Positions 34,793 to 44,906 of a DNA stretch of 64,000 nucleotides are shown here, piece by piece. Each line of letters opens with the position of its first letter. Within the stretch, counting starts at the first letter, position 1. The notes below the pieces were generated by a model, which was not told the DNA's origin, ran no database searches, and saw only the letters and a program-made list of their open reading frames with translations. The translations under genes and the position numbers were made by a program. This stretch comes from Patescibacteria group bacterium (GTDB lineage Bacteria > Patescibacteriota > Minisyncoccia > Phycocordibacterales > UBA9973): positions 99,668-163,667 of the forward strand of contig JAGWLB010000001.1 in the NCBI GenBank assembly GCA_028865035.1, given 5' to 3'.

Positions 34793-36613
34793 TTATTGTG
34801 ATAGTGATACTTCTTTGACGACATATCCATTGATTTGCAAACCGGTAATAGTATTTGTTAAGTATCCGGGCATACTAACTGATAATTGATATGTGTCAGA
34901 AGCTGTAAGCCCTGGGAAAAATACTTGCCCCGGAGTGAAACAGCCAGAAACATAGTTTATGCCTACACTGGTTATTGTCGGGTTTTTTGTCGGGTCATTT
35001 GTTGAAAGATAAGCCTTATACCTTATATATCTATTGTTATTATTAGTAGTACTAATTGTTGTATCAGGAGTTGTGTAATAGGTATTGCTTGTACCATCTG
35101 GTCCGACAAAGTTCCAGGTAGTATTATCATTGTTTGTAGCAATTTGGAATTTTACACTAGTACTAGGATCTTGCGATGTTGGTTGCCAACCAAGTGTGGT
35201 GTAAGAGGTCGTATCACTCCCAGTATCAAAAGTTGAAGATATAAGCCAACCAGAATTAGTAAGAGTATTACCTCCACTATTTGCTAGTCTTATTGCTAAA
35301 GGAATACCTGTTGTACTGACACCTCCATCATCTTGAAAATATTTTGTTGTGTCTGTCCAAGTCGTTTGACCCGATCCACCATTCCAATATAATTGACTCC
35401 AAAGACTACCTCCAGTTATTAGAGTATTGTTATACGAAGGACTTGTGTTCGTTAAGTTAACACTTGCGCCTTCGATAGGATTTCCTGTCGCACCATCTTT
35501 AACAATAGTAAGCAAGCTATTTGTTGTTTTATTTCCTAAGATTAAATTAAACGTCTGAGATGTATTCGGCATAACATTAATCTGTTGTATTGGAGAAGAC
35601 CCGTAAATCATATATGTACTACCAAGTAATGCAGGAATATAATTATCCCATTCAATATTATTTAATTGTATTTTTCCATTTGAGTCAGATGTGTATGAAT
35701 TATTAAATTTAAATACATCTGGTGATGTACCTATTAACTTTGAACCTTCAATGCCAACACCTACTCCTCCAATCGCACCACACGTTTGATTAAGAGTATT
35801 AAAAACAAGATTGCTTGTCTGATCTATCGCAAAGCTGACTTGTGTAACTTGGCCATTAGAAATAGTTGCATCTGGTTTTGTTGGATTAGGGTTGTTTGTT
35901 GTTATTGCATATGTTTGGTCCGTCGAGTAACCATTTTTAGTAACAACTATATGATAACTATTTGAACTATCAGGAAGACCAACTTCGGCCCATGTGCCTA
36001 CGCTATTACTTGTTCGAGTAAGGTTTATTGTAGGGTTAAGTGCATTGTTGGTTATATTTATTGTAGCTCCTGGTACTGGTTGGCCAACTGCATTTATGAC
36101 ACTTATAAATAGAGCACCACCAGAAGTTAGATTTTCAAGACCCGTAGGAACAATATTTGTAGAGAAATTTGTAACAGTATTAGCTGCAACATCTTTTATT
36201 GATAATTTAACTTGTTTGTAATCATTTGGAGCCGGGTCTGTCCCTTGAGCTATAGTCCCATCTGCTGGATCGTCAATATAAGTTACTTCATAATATATTT
36301 GGTATGTTTTTCCATTTGTAACTACAGTAGTCGGATTTGTTAAATCAGGTAAATTCCCATGAGGGTTACCTTGCACAGTACCTATTTGCGAGTACGGAAG
36401 ATTACGTGCTATTTCTAAGTATTGATCTGCTAGGCTAGAGATAGCAGTATTACTCCAGTTAAAAGATGCTTCTTTAGATATAATAAAAAATGTTTGATAG
36501 ACTGCACCTGCTAATATAACAAAAATAGCAATGCCAATAATACTCTCTACTAGAGTAAATCCTGACCGTTTGCTATTTTGATCTCTCCAATATTTTTCGA
36601 TTAGATTAACCAT
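34793..36613 (-). CDS. Giant (606 aa) type IV pilin-like protein with a prepilin-type N-terminal domain
   Basis: RSG|FTLVESIIGIAIFVILAGAV class III signal; Thr/Asn/Gly-rich beta-rich remainder. Confidence 0.7.
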   Translation of the reverse strand: MVNLIEKYWRDQNSKRSGFTLVESIIGIAIFVILAGAVYQTFFIISKEASFNWSNTAISSLADQYLEIARNLPYSQIGTVQGNPHGNLPDLTNPTTVVTNGKTYQIYYEVTYIDDPADGTIAQGTDPAPNDYKQVKLSIKDVAANTVTNFSTNIVPTGLENLTSGGALFISVINAVGQPVPGATINITNNALNPTINLTRTSNSVGTWAEVGLPDSSNSYHIVVTKNGYSTDQTYAITTNNPNPTKPDATISNGQVTQVSFAIDQTSNLVFNTLNQTCGAIGGVGVGIEGSKLIGTSPDVFKFNNSYTSDSNGKIQLNNIEWDNYIPALLGSTYMIYGSSPIQQINVMPNTSQTFNLILGNKTTNSLLTIVKDGATGNPIEGASVNLTNTSPSYNNTLITGGSLWSQLYWNGGSGQTTWTDTTKYFQDDGGVSTTGIPLAIRLANSGGNTLTNSGWLISSTFDTGSDTTSYTTLGWQPTSQDPSTSVKFQIATNNDNTTWNFVGPDGTSNTYYTTPDTTISTTNNNNRYIRYKAYLSTNDPTKNPTITSVGINYVSGCFTPGQVFFPGLTASDTYQLSVSMPGYLTNTITGLQINGYVVKEVSLSQ

Positions 36614-36658
36614 ATAAACTCATATTAATTCTATCATATTTTATGGTATACTTACCAT

Positions 36659-37405
36659 ATGAAAAAGCTCATTATAGGTAACTGGAAAATGAATCCGCAA
36701 TCAAAAAAAGAGGCGGAAATTATTTTTAAAGGTATAGTTTCTACCGCCCAAAAACAAAAAAATGCAGATGTTGTTATCTGTCCACCATATCCATTCTTAT
36801 CAATTTTTCAAAAAACAAAATTTTCAAAAATCAGTATTGGAGCGCAAGATGTATCAGTAGAGCAGAGTGGCCCATACACAGGGGAAGTATCTACTAAAAT
36901 GCTCACTAGTGTCGGTGTTAGTTATGTGATCGTGGGTCATAGCGAACGCAGAGCTATGGGTGATACGAATCAAATTGTTAATAAGAAAATTATTAATGCA
37001 CTAAAAGCAAAAATAATACCAATCCTTTGTATAGGTGAAAGACATAGAGACAGTAGTGGTGAATATCTTAAATTTATTAAACACCAACTTCATGAATGTT
37101 TAGCAAATATTCCTAAGCCACAAGTAAGTAAAATTATTATTGCTTATGAGCCAATATGGGCAATAGGTGAAAAAGCACAGAGGGAAGCTACGCCAGAAGA
37201 ATTTACAGAAATTAAAATTTTCATTAGAAAAATCATATTTGATATTTATAATTCTAAACTAGCGCATAATGTTATGGTACTTTATGGAGGCTCTGTTCAC
37301 CCAGAAAACTCTGCAGAGTTCTTGGTTGATGCTGATGGTTTACTAGTTGGTCGTGATAGTCTTATTCCAAAGAAATTTGATTTAATTATCAAATCCGTTA
37401 AATAA
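36659..37405 (+). CDS. tpiA: Triosephosphate isomerase
   Basis: GNWKMN, VIVGHSERR, CIGE, YEPIWAIG. Confidence 0.9.
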   Translation: MKKLIIGNWKMNPQSKKEAEIIFKGIVSTAQKQKNADVVICPPYPFLSIFQKTKFSKISIGAQDVSVEQSGPYTGEVSTKMLTSVGVSYVIVGHSERRAMGDTNQIVNKKIINALKAKIIPILCIGERHRDSSGEYLKFIKHQLHECLANIPKPQVSKIIIAYEPIWAIGEKAQREATPEEFTEIKIFIRKIIFDIYNSKLAHNVMVLYGGSVHPENSAEFLVDADGLLVGRDSLIPKKFDLIIKSVK

Positions 37406-37408
37406 TAT

Positions 37409-38530
37409 ATGAAATATCTAAAAGACATTGAAAACCTTTCTGGGAAAAAAGTATTAGTGCGTGTTGATTTTAATGTTCCATTGAAAGATGGGAAAGTTCT
37501 TGATGATTTTCGTATTAAAAAAGCTGTTCCGACTATATTGTATCTACACAAGAAAGGCGCCATTGTTATACTTCTTTCTCATATTGGAGAAGATGGCAAA
37601 GAAAGCCTTAGTCCCGTAGTCCCAAAACTTAAAAAGTATGTTCCAAGTGTAAAATTTATTCCAACATCAATCTTTTCAGATGAGACTGAGAAAATAATTA
37701 AAGATTCTAAAAAAGGTGACATCTTATTACTTGAGAATCTTCGTAGTGAAACTGGAGAAAAGAATAATTCTCCATCATTTGCTAGGGCTCTTTCACGTTA
37801 TGGTGATATTTATGTTAATGATGCCTTTTCTGTATCGCACAGACAGCATGCCTCTATCGTAGGTATTACAAAGCATTTGGAAGGATACGCTGGAATACAA
37901 TTTGCCAAAGAGATTGAAAATCTTTCAAGTGCTTTTAATCCAGAGCATCCGTTCCTTTTTATCCTCGGTGGAGCAAAATTCGAAACAAAAATACCATTAA
38001 TCAAGAAATTCCTTCGAGATGCAGATAATGTATTTATAGGAGGCGCTATAGCTAATGATTTCTTTAAAGCCAGAGGCTATGAAGTAGGCACATCTCTCGT
38101 TGGAGATAGTAATTTCCAAATCCAATCTTTAATGAAACACAAGAATTTATTAATTCCTTCGGATGTCGAAACTGCGAAAGGTTCAAAGCATAACTTTGTC
38201 AAAGCAGATGAAGTCTCACCAGATGAAGATATTGTAGATATAGGTCCTAAATCTATAGAAACTCTGAAAAATTTAATCGAAAAATCTAAATTCATTCTTT
38301 GGAATGGTCCACTTGGTAAATATGAGACTGGTTTTGGAGGAGCAACTGAAACAATTTTAAAGATTATTTCTAAAACCAAAGTTAAAAGTATTATAGGTGG
38401 AGGGGATACCGTGGCTCTTATATCGAAATTAAAACTTGAAGATAAGCTTGGTTTTGTCTCGACTGGCGGAGGTGCTACTCTAGACTTCTTGGTAAAAGGT
38501 ACTCTTCCTGGTATTAAAGCATTAAAATAA
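37409..38530 (+). CDS. pgk: Phosphoglycerate kinase
   Basis: VLVRVDFNVP; hinge and C-domain GGGDT motif. Confidence 0.9.
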   Translation: MKYLKDIENLSGKKVLVRVDFNVPLKDGKVLDDFRIKKAVPTILYLHKKGAIVILLSHIGEDGKESLSPVVPKLKKYVPSVKFIPTSIFSDETEKIIKDSKKGDILLLENLRSETGEKNNSPSFARALSRYGDIYVNDAFSVSHRQHASIVGITKHLEGYAGIQFAKEIENLSSAFNPEHPFLFILGGAKFETKIPLIKKFLRDADNVFIGGAIANDFFKARGYEVGTSLVGDSNFQIQSLMKHKNLLIPSDVETAKGSKHNFVKADEVSPDEDIVDIGPKSIETLKNLIEKSKFILWNGPLGKYETGFGGATETILKIISKTKVKSIIGGGDTVALISKLKLEDKLGFVSTGGGATLDFLVKGTLPGIKALK

Positions 38531-38559
38531 AATACCTAGTTTATGTTACAATCTTCTGT

Positions 38560-40233
38560 ATGCCGAATCATACTGAGCTTTTAGAGCTTTTACTTACAAA
38601 TCGTGGAATTAAACCAAAAGATAGAGAGAAATTTTTAAATCCTTTGTACGAAGAACATCTATATGATCCATTCTTAATGAAAGATATGGAGCGTGCCGTC
38701 GTGCGTATTTTTGAAAGTATCGAGGCAAAAGAAAAAATTGTTATCTATAGTGATTACGATTGCGACGGTATACCTGCAGCAGTTATAATGAATGATTTTT
38801 TTACTAAAATAGGTTACAAAAATTTCTCTATATATATTCCTGATAGACACGACGAAGGATATGGACTTCACTCAGATGCTGTAAAACAATTTATTGATGA
38901 TGAAGTAAAACTTTTAATAACTTTTGATTTGGGTATTACTGCAGTTAATGAAGTCGCTCAAGCTCAAGCAGCTGGTGTAGATATTATTATTACAGATCAT
39001 CATTTACCTCAAGAAACTATTCCAAGAGCTTTTGCGGTTATTGATCCGAAGCAGGATGGATGTGAATATCCAGACAAAATGCTTTGTGGTGCCGGACTTG
39101 CCTTCAAACTTGTTCAAGCTATGCTTATAAAATATGGAGAATATTTTAAGATAAGTAATGGTTGGGAAAAATGGCTTCTTGATATGGCTGGGCTCGCAAC
39201 ACTTGCTGACCAAGTGCCACTTGTAGATGAGAATCGCGTTTTTGCTTACTATGGGTTGAAAGTTTTACAAAAAGCTCGAAGGCCAGGGCTCGCTGAGATT
39301 TTCAGAAAAGCTGGTGTTGATGCTAGTAAACTAAACGAAGAAGACATAACTTTCACTCTTGCTCCAAGATTAAATGCAGCATCTAGAATGGGAGATCCAA
39401 TGAGGGCATTTGAAGTCTTAGCAACTACTAATGGCTTAGAAGCACGTACTCTAGCTGATCATTTGGTCAAACTAAACGATGAAAGGAAACAAACAGTAGC
39501 TCGTATAATGAAAGATGTAAAAAAGACTTTATCTAAAAGAGAAGACAAATCAATTATAGTTATTGGTAATCCTAGCTGGAGGGTAGGTATTCTTGGGCTT
39601 GTAGCTTCAAAAATCGCAGAAGAGTATAAACGCTCAGTTTTTGTATGGGGTTCAGAAGGTAGCGACCTGCCTGCGCAGGCAGGTATTATACGTGGTTCGT
39701 GCAGAGGGTGGGGTAATGTGAATCTTGTGGATATTATGAATAGTTTACCAGAGAATAGTCTACTTGCATTCGGTGGACATAAAAGTGCTGGCGGTTTCTC
39801 TGTATCCCATACAGAAATTCATTTCTTAGAAGAAAGATTGTTAACTGTTTTTGATGGTATTAATAATACAAAAGAAGAAAATCCATTAATAAATATTGAT
39901 GCATCGATTAGTATCGATGATTTAACGATAGATAACTATAATGTTATAGAACGTCTTGCTCCTTTTGGAATTGGTAATCCAAAACCAACATTTTTGTTTG
40001 AAGATTTACCCATCACATCTGTTAAAGAATTTGGTAAAGATAAAAATCATTTAGAACTTATGTTTACGAATAAATACGGACGACCAGCGAAGGCTATAGT
40101 ATTTTTTAAGAATCGGCAAAGTTTTGGTAGGTCTATCTCTGCAGGAGAGCGTATTAATTTGACTGCTACATTTGAGAAAAGTACTTTTGGTGGACGAACA
40201 GAGTTACGTTTACGAATTGTTGATATAATATAA
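38560..40233 (+). CDS. recJ: Single-stranded-DNA-specific exonuclease RecJ (DHH/DHHA1)
   Basis: YSDYDCDGI, ITDHH, DHHA1 region GGHKSAGG. Confidence 0.85.
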   Translation: MPNHTELLELLLTNRGIKPKDREKFLNPLYEEHLYDPFLMKDMERAVVRIFESIEAKEKIVIYSDYDCDGIPAAVIMNDFFTKIGYKNFSIYIPDRHDEGYGLHSDAVKQFIDDEVKLLITFDLGITAVNEVAQAQAAGVDIIITDHHLPQETIPRAFAVIDPKQDGCEYPDKMLCGAGLAFKLVQAMLIKYGEYFKISNGWEKWLLDMAGLATLADQVPLVDENRVFAYYGLKVLQKARRPGLAEIFRKAGVDASKLNEEDITFTLAPRLNAASRMGDPMRAFEVLATTNGLEARTLADHLVKLNDERKQTVARIMKDVKKTLSKREDKSIIVIGNPSWRVGILGLVASKIAEEYKRSVFVWGSEGSDLPAQAGIIRGSCRGWGNVNLVDIMNSLPENSLLAFGGHKSAGGFSVSHTEIHFLEERLLTVFDGINNTKEENPLINIDASISIDDLTIDNYNVIERLAPFGIGNPKPTFLFEDLPITSVKEFGKDKNHLELMFTNKYGRPAKAIVFFKNRQSFGRSISAGERINLTATFEKSTFGGRTELRLRIVDII

Positions 40234-40238
40234 ACATT

Positions 40239-40703
40239 ATGCAAAAGACAATTGAAATATATACGGATGGCTCATCTCTTGGTAACCCTGGTCCAGGCGG
40301 GTGGGGAATAGTTGTAATAAATGACTCTGATTCTTTAGAAATTGGTGGAAGTGAAAAGAACACAACTAATAATCGTATGGAGCTAGTAGCTGTCATTGAA
40401 TCATTAAAGTACGTAATTAAAAAACATCCAAAGGAAAATGTTGTTATATATGCTGACTCTTCTTATGTCTTAGGCGGAATCACGACGTGGATTCATAATT
40501 GGGAGAAGAATGGCTGGCGGACAGCCAATAAAAAACCGGTCTTAAACCAAGATTTATGGCAAGAATTAATTGCTCTTGTTCGAGAATTCAAAGGGACGCT
40601 TTCATGGCAGAAAGTTAAAGGCCACGCTGGACATATTCATAATGAACGTGCAGATCAGATAGCGACAGAATATTCATCATTACAAAAAAACCATATTTTC
40701 TAA
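40239..40703 (+). CDS. rnhA: Ribonuclease HI
   Basis: IYTDGSSLGNPGPGGWG...NNRMEL...YADSSYV; 6 nt after the recJ stop. Confidence 0.85.
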   Translation: MQKTIEIYTDGSSLGNPGPGGWGIVVINDSDSLEIGGSEKNTTNNRMELVAVIESLKYVIKKHPKENVVIYADSSYVLGGITTWIHNWEKNGWRTANKKPVLNQDLWQELIALVREFKGTLSWQKVKGHAGHIHNERADQIATEYSSLQKNHIF

Positions 40704-40746
40704 AATAGTAATAAAGATCATTGTTAGCTAGAAGTAATTCTTAAAA

Positions 40747-41571
40747 TTACTTATTTAAAACAACGGGTAGATCTGTCTCAAAATCTATGTAGATACTATA
40801 AGCAGTGTTCTCAATCCCATACCAGCATAAATCCGTTTTTGTTATTTCTGGCATGGTTTCCATACCAACTCTTGATTTAAAATTATTTTTTAAATCACTG
40901 TAATATTTATCTGTAAGATTGCGTTGCAGTAGTATTAAGGACTCACTCGAACACACTGTTCTAACTGAAACATTTACAGGTTCTGTTTTTGAAGGATCAA
41001 CAGTTATTGCTACTGATTTGTTTATATAGTTTTCAGGGTTATTTAATAATCCTATATCTTTTGCATTTAAAACTTTTAGTACAAAATATCCATTCTTATT
41101 TAGTATAAGTATGCGATCTCCTTGAACATCTTTTATTACAACATTAGTACCTATATAATATTCAAAGTCTTGTGTTTTAATATTATTAAACTCTTGAGTA
41201 TTAATTTCTTGTCTATCTTTTTTATTTAATACATCTTTTATGTGTACTAAATTACCGAGTTTTTCAGTAAGAGATATTGCGGGGAAAATAGTAATGTATA
41301 GTAATCCAAAGATACCTAAAATGATTGAAAAGATTGTCCATTTCCTATCTTCAAATCTAAGGCCAATTGATCTAATTAAACTAAGGAGACCCAAAAAGAA
41401 ATATATGGGTATGGCAATTATATATATAAATCCTTCCCTATGGCCTTGATCATATCCTTTCCATGCAAAGTAAATAGTGGTGCATGCTATTATAATAACT
41501 AGTATTTTATCAACAAGCTTCATTCTTTTCTCCTGAACATTATATTGTTGTTCCATAGTAGTATCATACAA
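40747..41571 (-). CDS. Hypothetical membrane-anchored protein (3 N-terminal TM helices plus a soluble domain)
   Basis: No recognised motif. Confidence 0.4.
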   Translation of the reverse strand: MYDTTMEQQYNVQEKRMKLVDKILVIIIACTTIYFAWKGYDQGHREGFIYIIAIPIYFFLGLLSLIRSIGLRFEDRKWTIFSIILGIFGLLYITIFPAISLTEKLGNLVHIKDVLNKKDRQEINTQEFNNIKTQDFEYYIGTNVVIKDVQGDRILILNKNGYFVLKVLNAKDIGLLNNPENYINKSVAITVDPSKTEPVNVSVRTVCSSESLILLQRNLTDKYYSDLKNNFKSRVGMETMPEITKTDLCWYGIENTAYSIYIDFETDLPVVLNK

Positions 41572-41669
41572 TAAATATAATTAGTTGCAATTTACTAGCT
41601 TGTAATACAGACAGACATTCCATTTTTAAAATACATACAATCTTAAAAAGTTGTTATACTTACAAAAGA

Positions 41670-42962
41670 ATGAGTAAAAAGGAAATTAGTATAATAATTT
41701 TATTGATAATTATTGCACTCGTGAGATTTTTCTTTTTCTTACCGAAAGCTCCACCTTACGCAAGTGCAGTAGGGAAAAATATAATTTTTGAGGGCATAGT
41801 TGTTGATCCTCCAGATGTGCGTTTGAATAATCAGAGGCTTACAGTTGAACCCAAAAATCAAAAAGCGAATGTTTTAGTTGTAGTTCCCCGAACAGAAGAA
41901 GTGTCGTATGGAGATAAAATACAAGTCAGTGGAATATTAGAAACGCCAGAAAATTTCACCACCTCCACCGGTAAAGAATTTAATTATATGAGATATCTAG
42001 CAAATCAAGATATCTACTTTACTGTAAAAAATGCACAGATTAAAATAATATCTCATAATAATGGAAACAAGCTGAAAGCTATATTATTTAAGTTACGGGA
42101 TTTGTTCACAAATAATATTAATAATGTTATAGACCCCCCAGAAAGTGATCTGGCTTTAGGGTTAGTCATAGGTGCTCGCGGAGGTTTTGATTCTGGTATA
42201 AAGAATGAATTTATCAGCACAGGTACGATTCATATTGTTGCATTGTCTGGATATAACGTGACTGTTGTCGCAGAAGGTGTTATGAAAGTTTTCGGTTTGA
42301 TTCTTGCCCAGACATTTTCAATTATTTTTGGGATACTAATTATTTTTTTGTTTATTATAATGGCCGGCTCTTCTTCTACAGCAATCAGGGCGGGGGTTAT
42401 GGCTACTATTGCACTATTTGCTCGTATGACTGGTCGTACATATTCTGCTGGTAGAGCTCTTGTGATCGCAGGGTTGATAATGGTTGCATACGATCCTCGT
42501 GTACTCTCCGATATATCTTTTCAGTTATCTTTTATAGCAACCTTTGGTGTATTATTCTTAACACCGAAAGTTATGATTTGGGTTAGATTTTTACCACTGC
42601 GTTTTGGTTTGCGTGAGCTTGTGGCCACAACTCTCGGAGCCACTATCGCTGTGCTTCCTATTCTTCTTTATGTTACCGGAGTTCTTTCTATCGTGTCACT
42701 GCCAGCAAATATTTTAATTTTACCTTTTATACCGCTAACAATGTTAATGATTTTTATTACTGGTGTGATTGGATTTATCTCCCCAACATTCTCTTTACCA
42801 TTTGCTTATCTATCACATTTATTACTTGCATATATTTTATCGGTTATTCACTTCTTTGCTTCACTATCATTTGCTAGTGTAACTATTACATCATTCCCAT
42901 TAATTATCACTATTATCATATATATCACTATGGTCTGGTGGTTATTACGCAAAAAAGAATAA
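41670..42962 (+). CDS. comEC: ComEC/Rec2 N-terminal part: DUF4131 OB-fold plus the competence membrane-channel domain
   Basis: OB region GKNIIFEGIVVD...; IHIVALSGYNVTVV competence-domain motif; polytopic. Confidence 0.7.
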   Translation: MSKKEISIIILLIIIALVRFFFFLPKAPPYASAVGKNIIFEGIVVDPPDVRLNNQRLTVEPKNQKANVLVVVPRTEEVSYGDKIQVSGILETPENFTTSTGKEFNYMRYLANQDIYFTVKNAQIKIISHNNGNKLKAILFKLRDLFTNNINNVIDPPESDLALGLVIGARGGFDSGIKNEFISTGTIHIVALSGYNVTVVAEGVMKVFGLILAQTFSIIFGILIIFLFIIMAGSSSTAIRAGVMATIALFARMTGRTYSAGRALVIAGLIMVAYDPRVLSDISFQLSFIATFGVLFLTPKVMIWVRFLPLRFGLRELVATTLGATIAVLPILLYVTGVLSIVSLPANILILPFIPLTMLMIFITGVIGFISPTFSLPFAYLSHLLLAYILSVIHFFASLSFASVTITSFPLIITIIIYITMVWWLLRKKE

Positions 42963-42965
42963 AAA

Positions 42966-43000
42966 TAATCCTAGATATATATCTAGGATTATTTTTATTT
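42966..43000. terminator. Bidirectional terminator: perfect 14-bp palindrome AATAATCCTAGATAT/ATATCTAGGATTATT
   Basis: Between convergent comEC and sodA; flanked by A and T runs. Confidence 0.65.
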
Positions 43001-43011
43001 AATCTTAATAA

Positions 43012-43611
43012 TTATTGAGCTTTTTTAAAATTATCTTCTATAACTTCCCAGTTCAGATTCGCAAAGAATGCTTCAATATATTTTTTCTTTTCACTTGTTG
43101 AATAATCATATACAAATGCATGTTCCCACATATCTAAAGCCAATATCATTTCACATCCATTTAATTGACCTAAATGTTGTTCATCTACCCAAGAGGTAAG
43201 AAGCATATTGTCTTTTCTGTCGTACCAAAGTACGGCCCATCCGATACCACGAGTCGCAGCCAAAGTTTTAAAATTAGAAAGAAAATCATCGAAAGAACCA
43301 AAAGTTTTCTCTATGGCAGATTTTAAATCTCCGTCCGAAATAGGAGTTGCTTTTCCTTCTAGCGAAGAGAAATAAATCTCATGGTTTCGCATACCGTTAT
43401 ATTCAAAAGAGAAACGACGACCAAGCTCACTTACGACATACGGTGCAAAAATATCTTCTTTTTCATAACCTCGATATTCAGGTATTTTTTCTAAAATAGA
43501 ATTTGCGTTTTTCACATAGCCTGCATATAGCTTCAAATGTTCCTCAATGTTTTTTGCGCTAATACCAGCTAATTCTGGAATGTTAAATGTTTTAGGTGTA
43601 AATTTATCCAT
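43012..43611 (-). CDS. sodA: Fe/Mn superoxide dismutase
   Basis: HHxKHH-type N-domain; ALDMWEHAFVYDY metal-ligand motif. Confidence 0.85.
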   Translation of the reverse strand: MDKFTPKTFNIPELAGISAKNIEEHLKLYAGYVKNANSILEKIPEYRGYEKEDIFAPYVVSELGRRFSFEYNGMRNHEIYFSSLEGKATPISDGDLKSAIEKTFGSFDDFLSNFKTLAATRGIGWAVLWYDRKDNMLLTSWVDEQHLGQLNGCEMILALDMWEHAFVYDYSTSEKKKYIEAFFANLNWEVIEDNFKKAQ

Positions 43612-43650
43612 ATTATTTTATTGCTTAAATGCTAATATGTATATTATAGC

Positions 43651-44520
43651 ATGAAAAATTTTCGTAGATATTTACCCTATATTTTATTTATATTTCTGAT
43701 AATTTTTCTGTCACTTATCTGGTATGTTGTATATCTAAAAGATACTCACAGTAATATATTAAAAGTTGCCTATTTAGATGTTGGTCAAGGAGATGCTATC
43801 TACATAGAAGCACCTAATGGTAGGCAGATGCTTATCGATGGTGGTCCTGGAGCGTCTGTCTTGTCGAGCCTAGGACAAGTTATGCCTTTTGCTGATCGAT
43901 CTATCGACTTAGTTCTCGCTACTCATACCGACGCTGATCATATCGGAGGTTTTCCTTTTGTTCTAGATAAGTACAAAGTAGGGCATATTATCGAGAATGG
44001 TGCTTCATCAGATACTCGGACATTTAGAGATCTTGAGAGTAGAGTAAATAAATATAAAATTGATAAAATTATTGCTACTAGAGGTACTCGCATAATACTA
44101 GATAAAAATCTAAATATTTATTTTGATATTTTATTTCCAGACAGAGATATTTCTAATTTTGAATCAAACGATGGATCCATAGTAGGACGATTAGTTTATG
44201 GTAATGAATCTTTTATGTTTACAGGTGATGCTACAAAATACACTGAACATCTAATTATGACAAATGAAAATTCTTCTACTCTTCACTCGCAAGTTTTAAA
44301 GCTTGGTCATCATGGTTCACGATATTCATCTAGTGAGCTTTGGCTTCTAAGTGTTCACCCAGATGTAGCTATTATTTCTGCTGGCCTCAACAATCGCTAC
44401 GGTCACCCTCATCAGGAAGTTCTTGATTTACTAAAGAAGCTTTCTATCCCATACTTAACGACTTATCAAAAAGGAACAATCATTTTTAAAACTGATGGAG
44501 TAACTTTGACCCATAACTAA
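43651..44520 (+). CDS. ComEC-type metallo-beta-lactamase-fold nuclease domain protein with an N-terminal TM anchor (the separated C-terminal part of ComEC)
   Basis: VAYLDVGQGDAIYIEAPNGRQMLIDGGPG; HTDADHIGG; GHHGS. Confidence 0.7.
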   Translation: MKNFRRYLPYILFIFLIIFLSLIWYVVYLKDTHSNILKVAYLDVGQGDAIYIEAPNGRQMLIDGGPGASVLSSLGQVMPFADRSIDLVLATHTDADHIGGFPFVLDKYKVGHIIENGASSDTRTFRDLESRVNKYKIDKIIATRGTRIILDKNLNIYFDILFPDRDISNFESNDGSIVGRLVYGNESFMFTGDATKYTEHLIMTNENSSTLHSQVLKLGHHGSRYSSSELWLLSVHPDVAIISAGLNNRYGHPHQEVLDLLKKLSIPYLTTYQKGTIIFKTDGVTLTHN

Positions 44521-44557
44521 TTGGAACGCTCCATTTAAAAATAGATTTGAAAGCGAA

Positions 44558-44625
44558 ATCAGAAAAAGCAATTTGAAATGGTCTGGTGACTTACCCCGAG
44601 GACCTTTCAAATTGCTTTTTCTGAT
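44558..44625. terminator. Bidirectional terminator: perfect 21-nt inverted repeat ATCAGAAAAAGCAATTTGAAA ... TTTCAAATTGCTTTTTCTGAT
   Basis: Between the convergent MBL gene and rpmB. Confidence 0.6.
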
Positions 44626-44633
44626 GAAGCTTG

Positions 44634-44879
44634 TTATTTAATTATTCCAGCTTTCTTTAGTACTGCGTACGCACCGTTTTTGTTAATAGTTTTTATGGCA
44701 GTAGTAGATAGCGTAAGAGGGAAGTACTTTTTAAGCTCTGGTACGTATATACGTTTCTTTTGAAGGTTGGGATATTTACGAACCATACCAGTAGGGTTGA
44801 ATTTGGTAGCACGAACAACGTTGGAGTAGCCTCCAGCCATCTTTGAACCTTTTTTAGTTATTGCACAAACTTTTGCCAT
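44634..44879 (-). CDS. rpmB: 50S ribosomal protein L28
   Basis: MAKVCAITKKGSKMAGGYSNVVRATKFNPTGMVRKYPNLQKKRIYV parallels L28 MSRVCQVTGKRP..GNN.SHA.N.TKRRF.PNL; internal ATG chosen over the longer ORF. Confidence 0.8.
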   Translation of the reverse strand: MAKVCAITKKGSKMAGGYSNVVRATKFNPTGMVRKYPNLQKKRIYVPELKKYFPLTLSTTAIKTINKNGAYAVLKKAGIIK

Positions 44880-44906
44880 AGATGGGATTATGCTATCATA
44901 TAAAAC

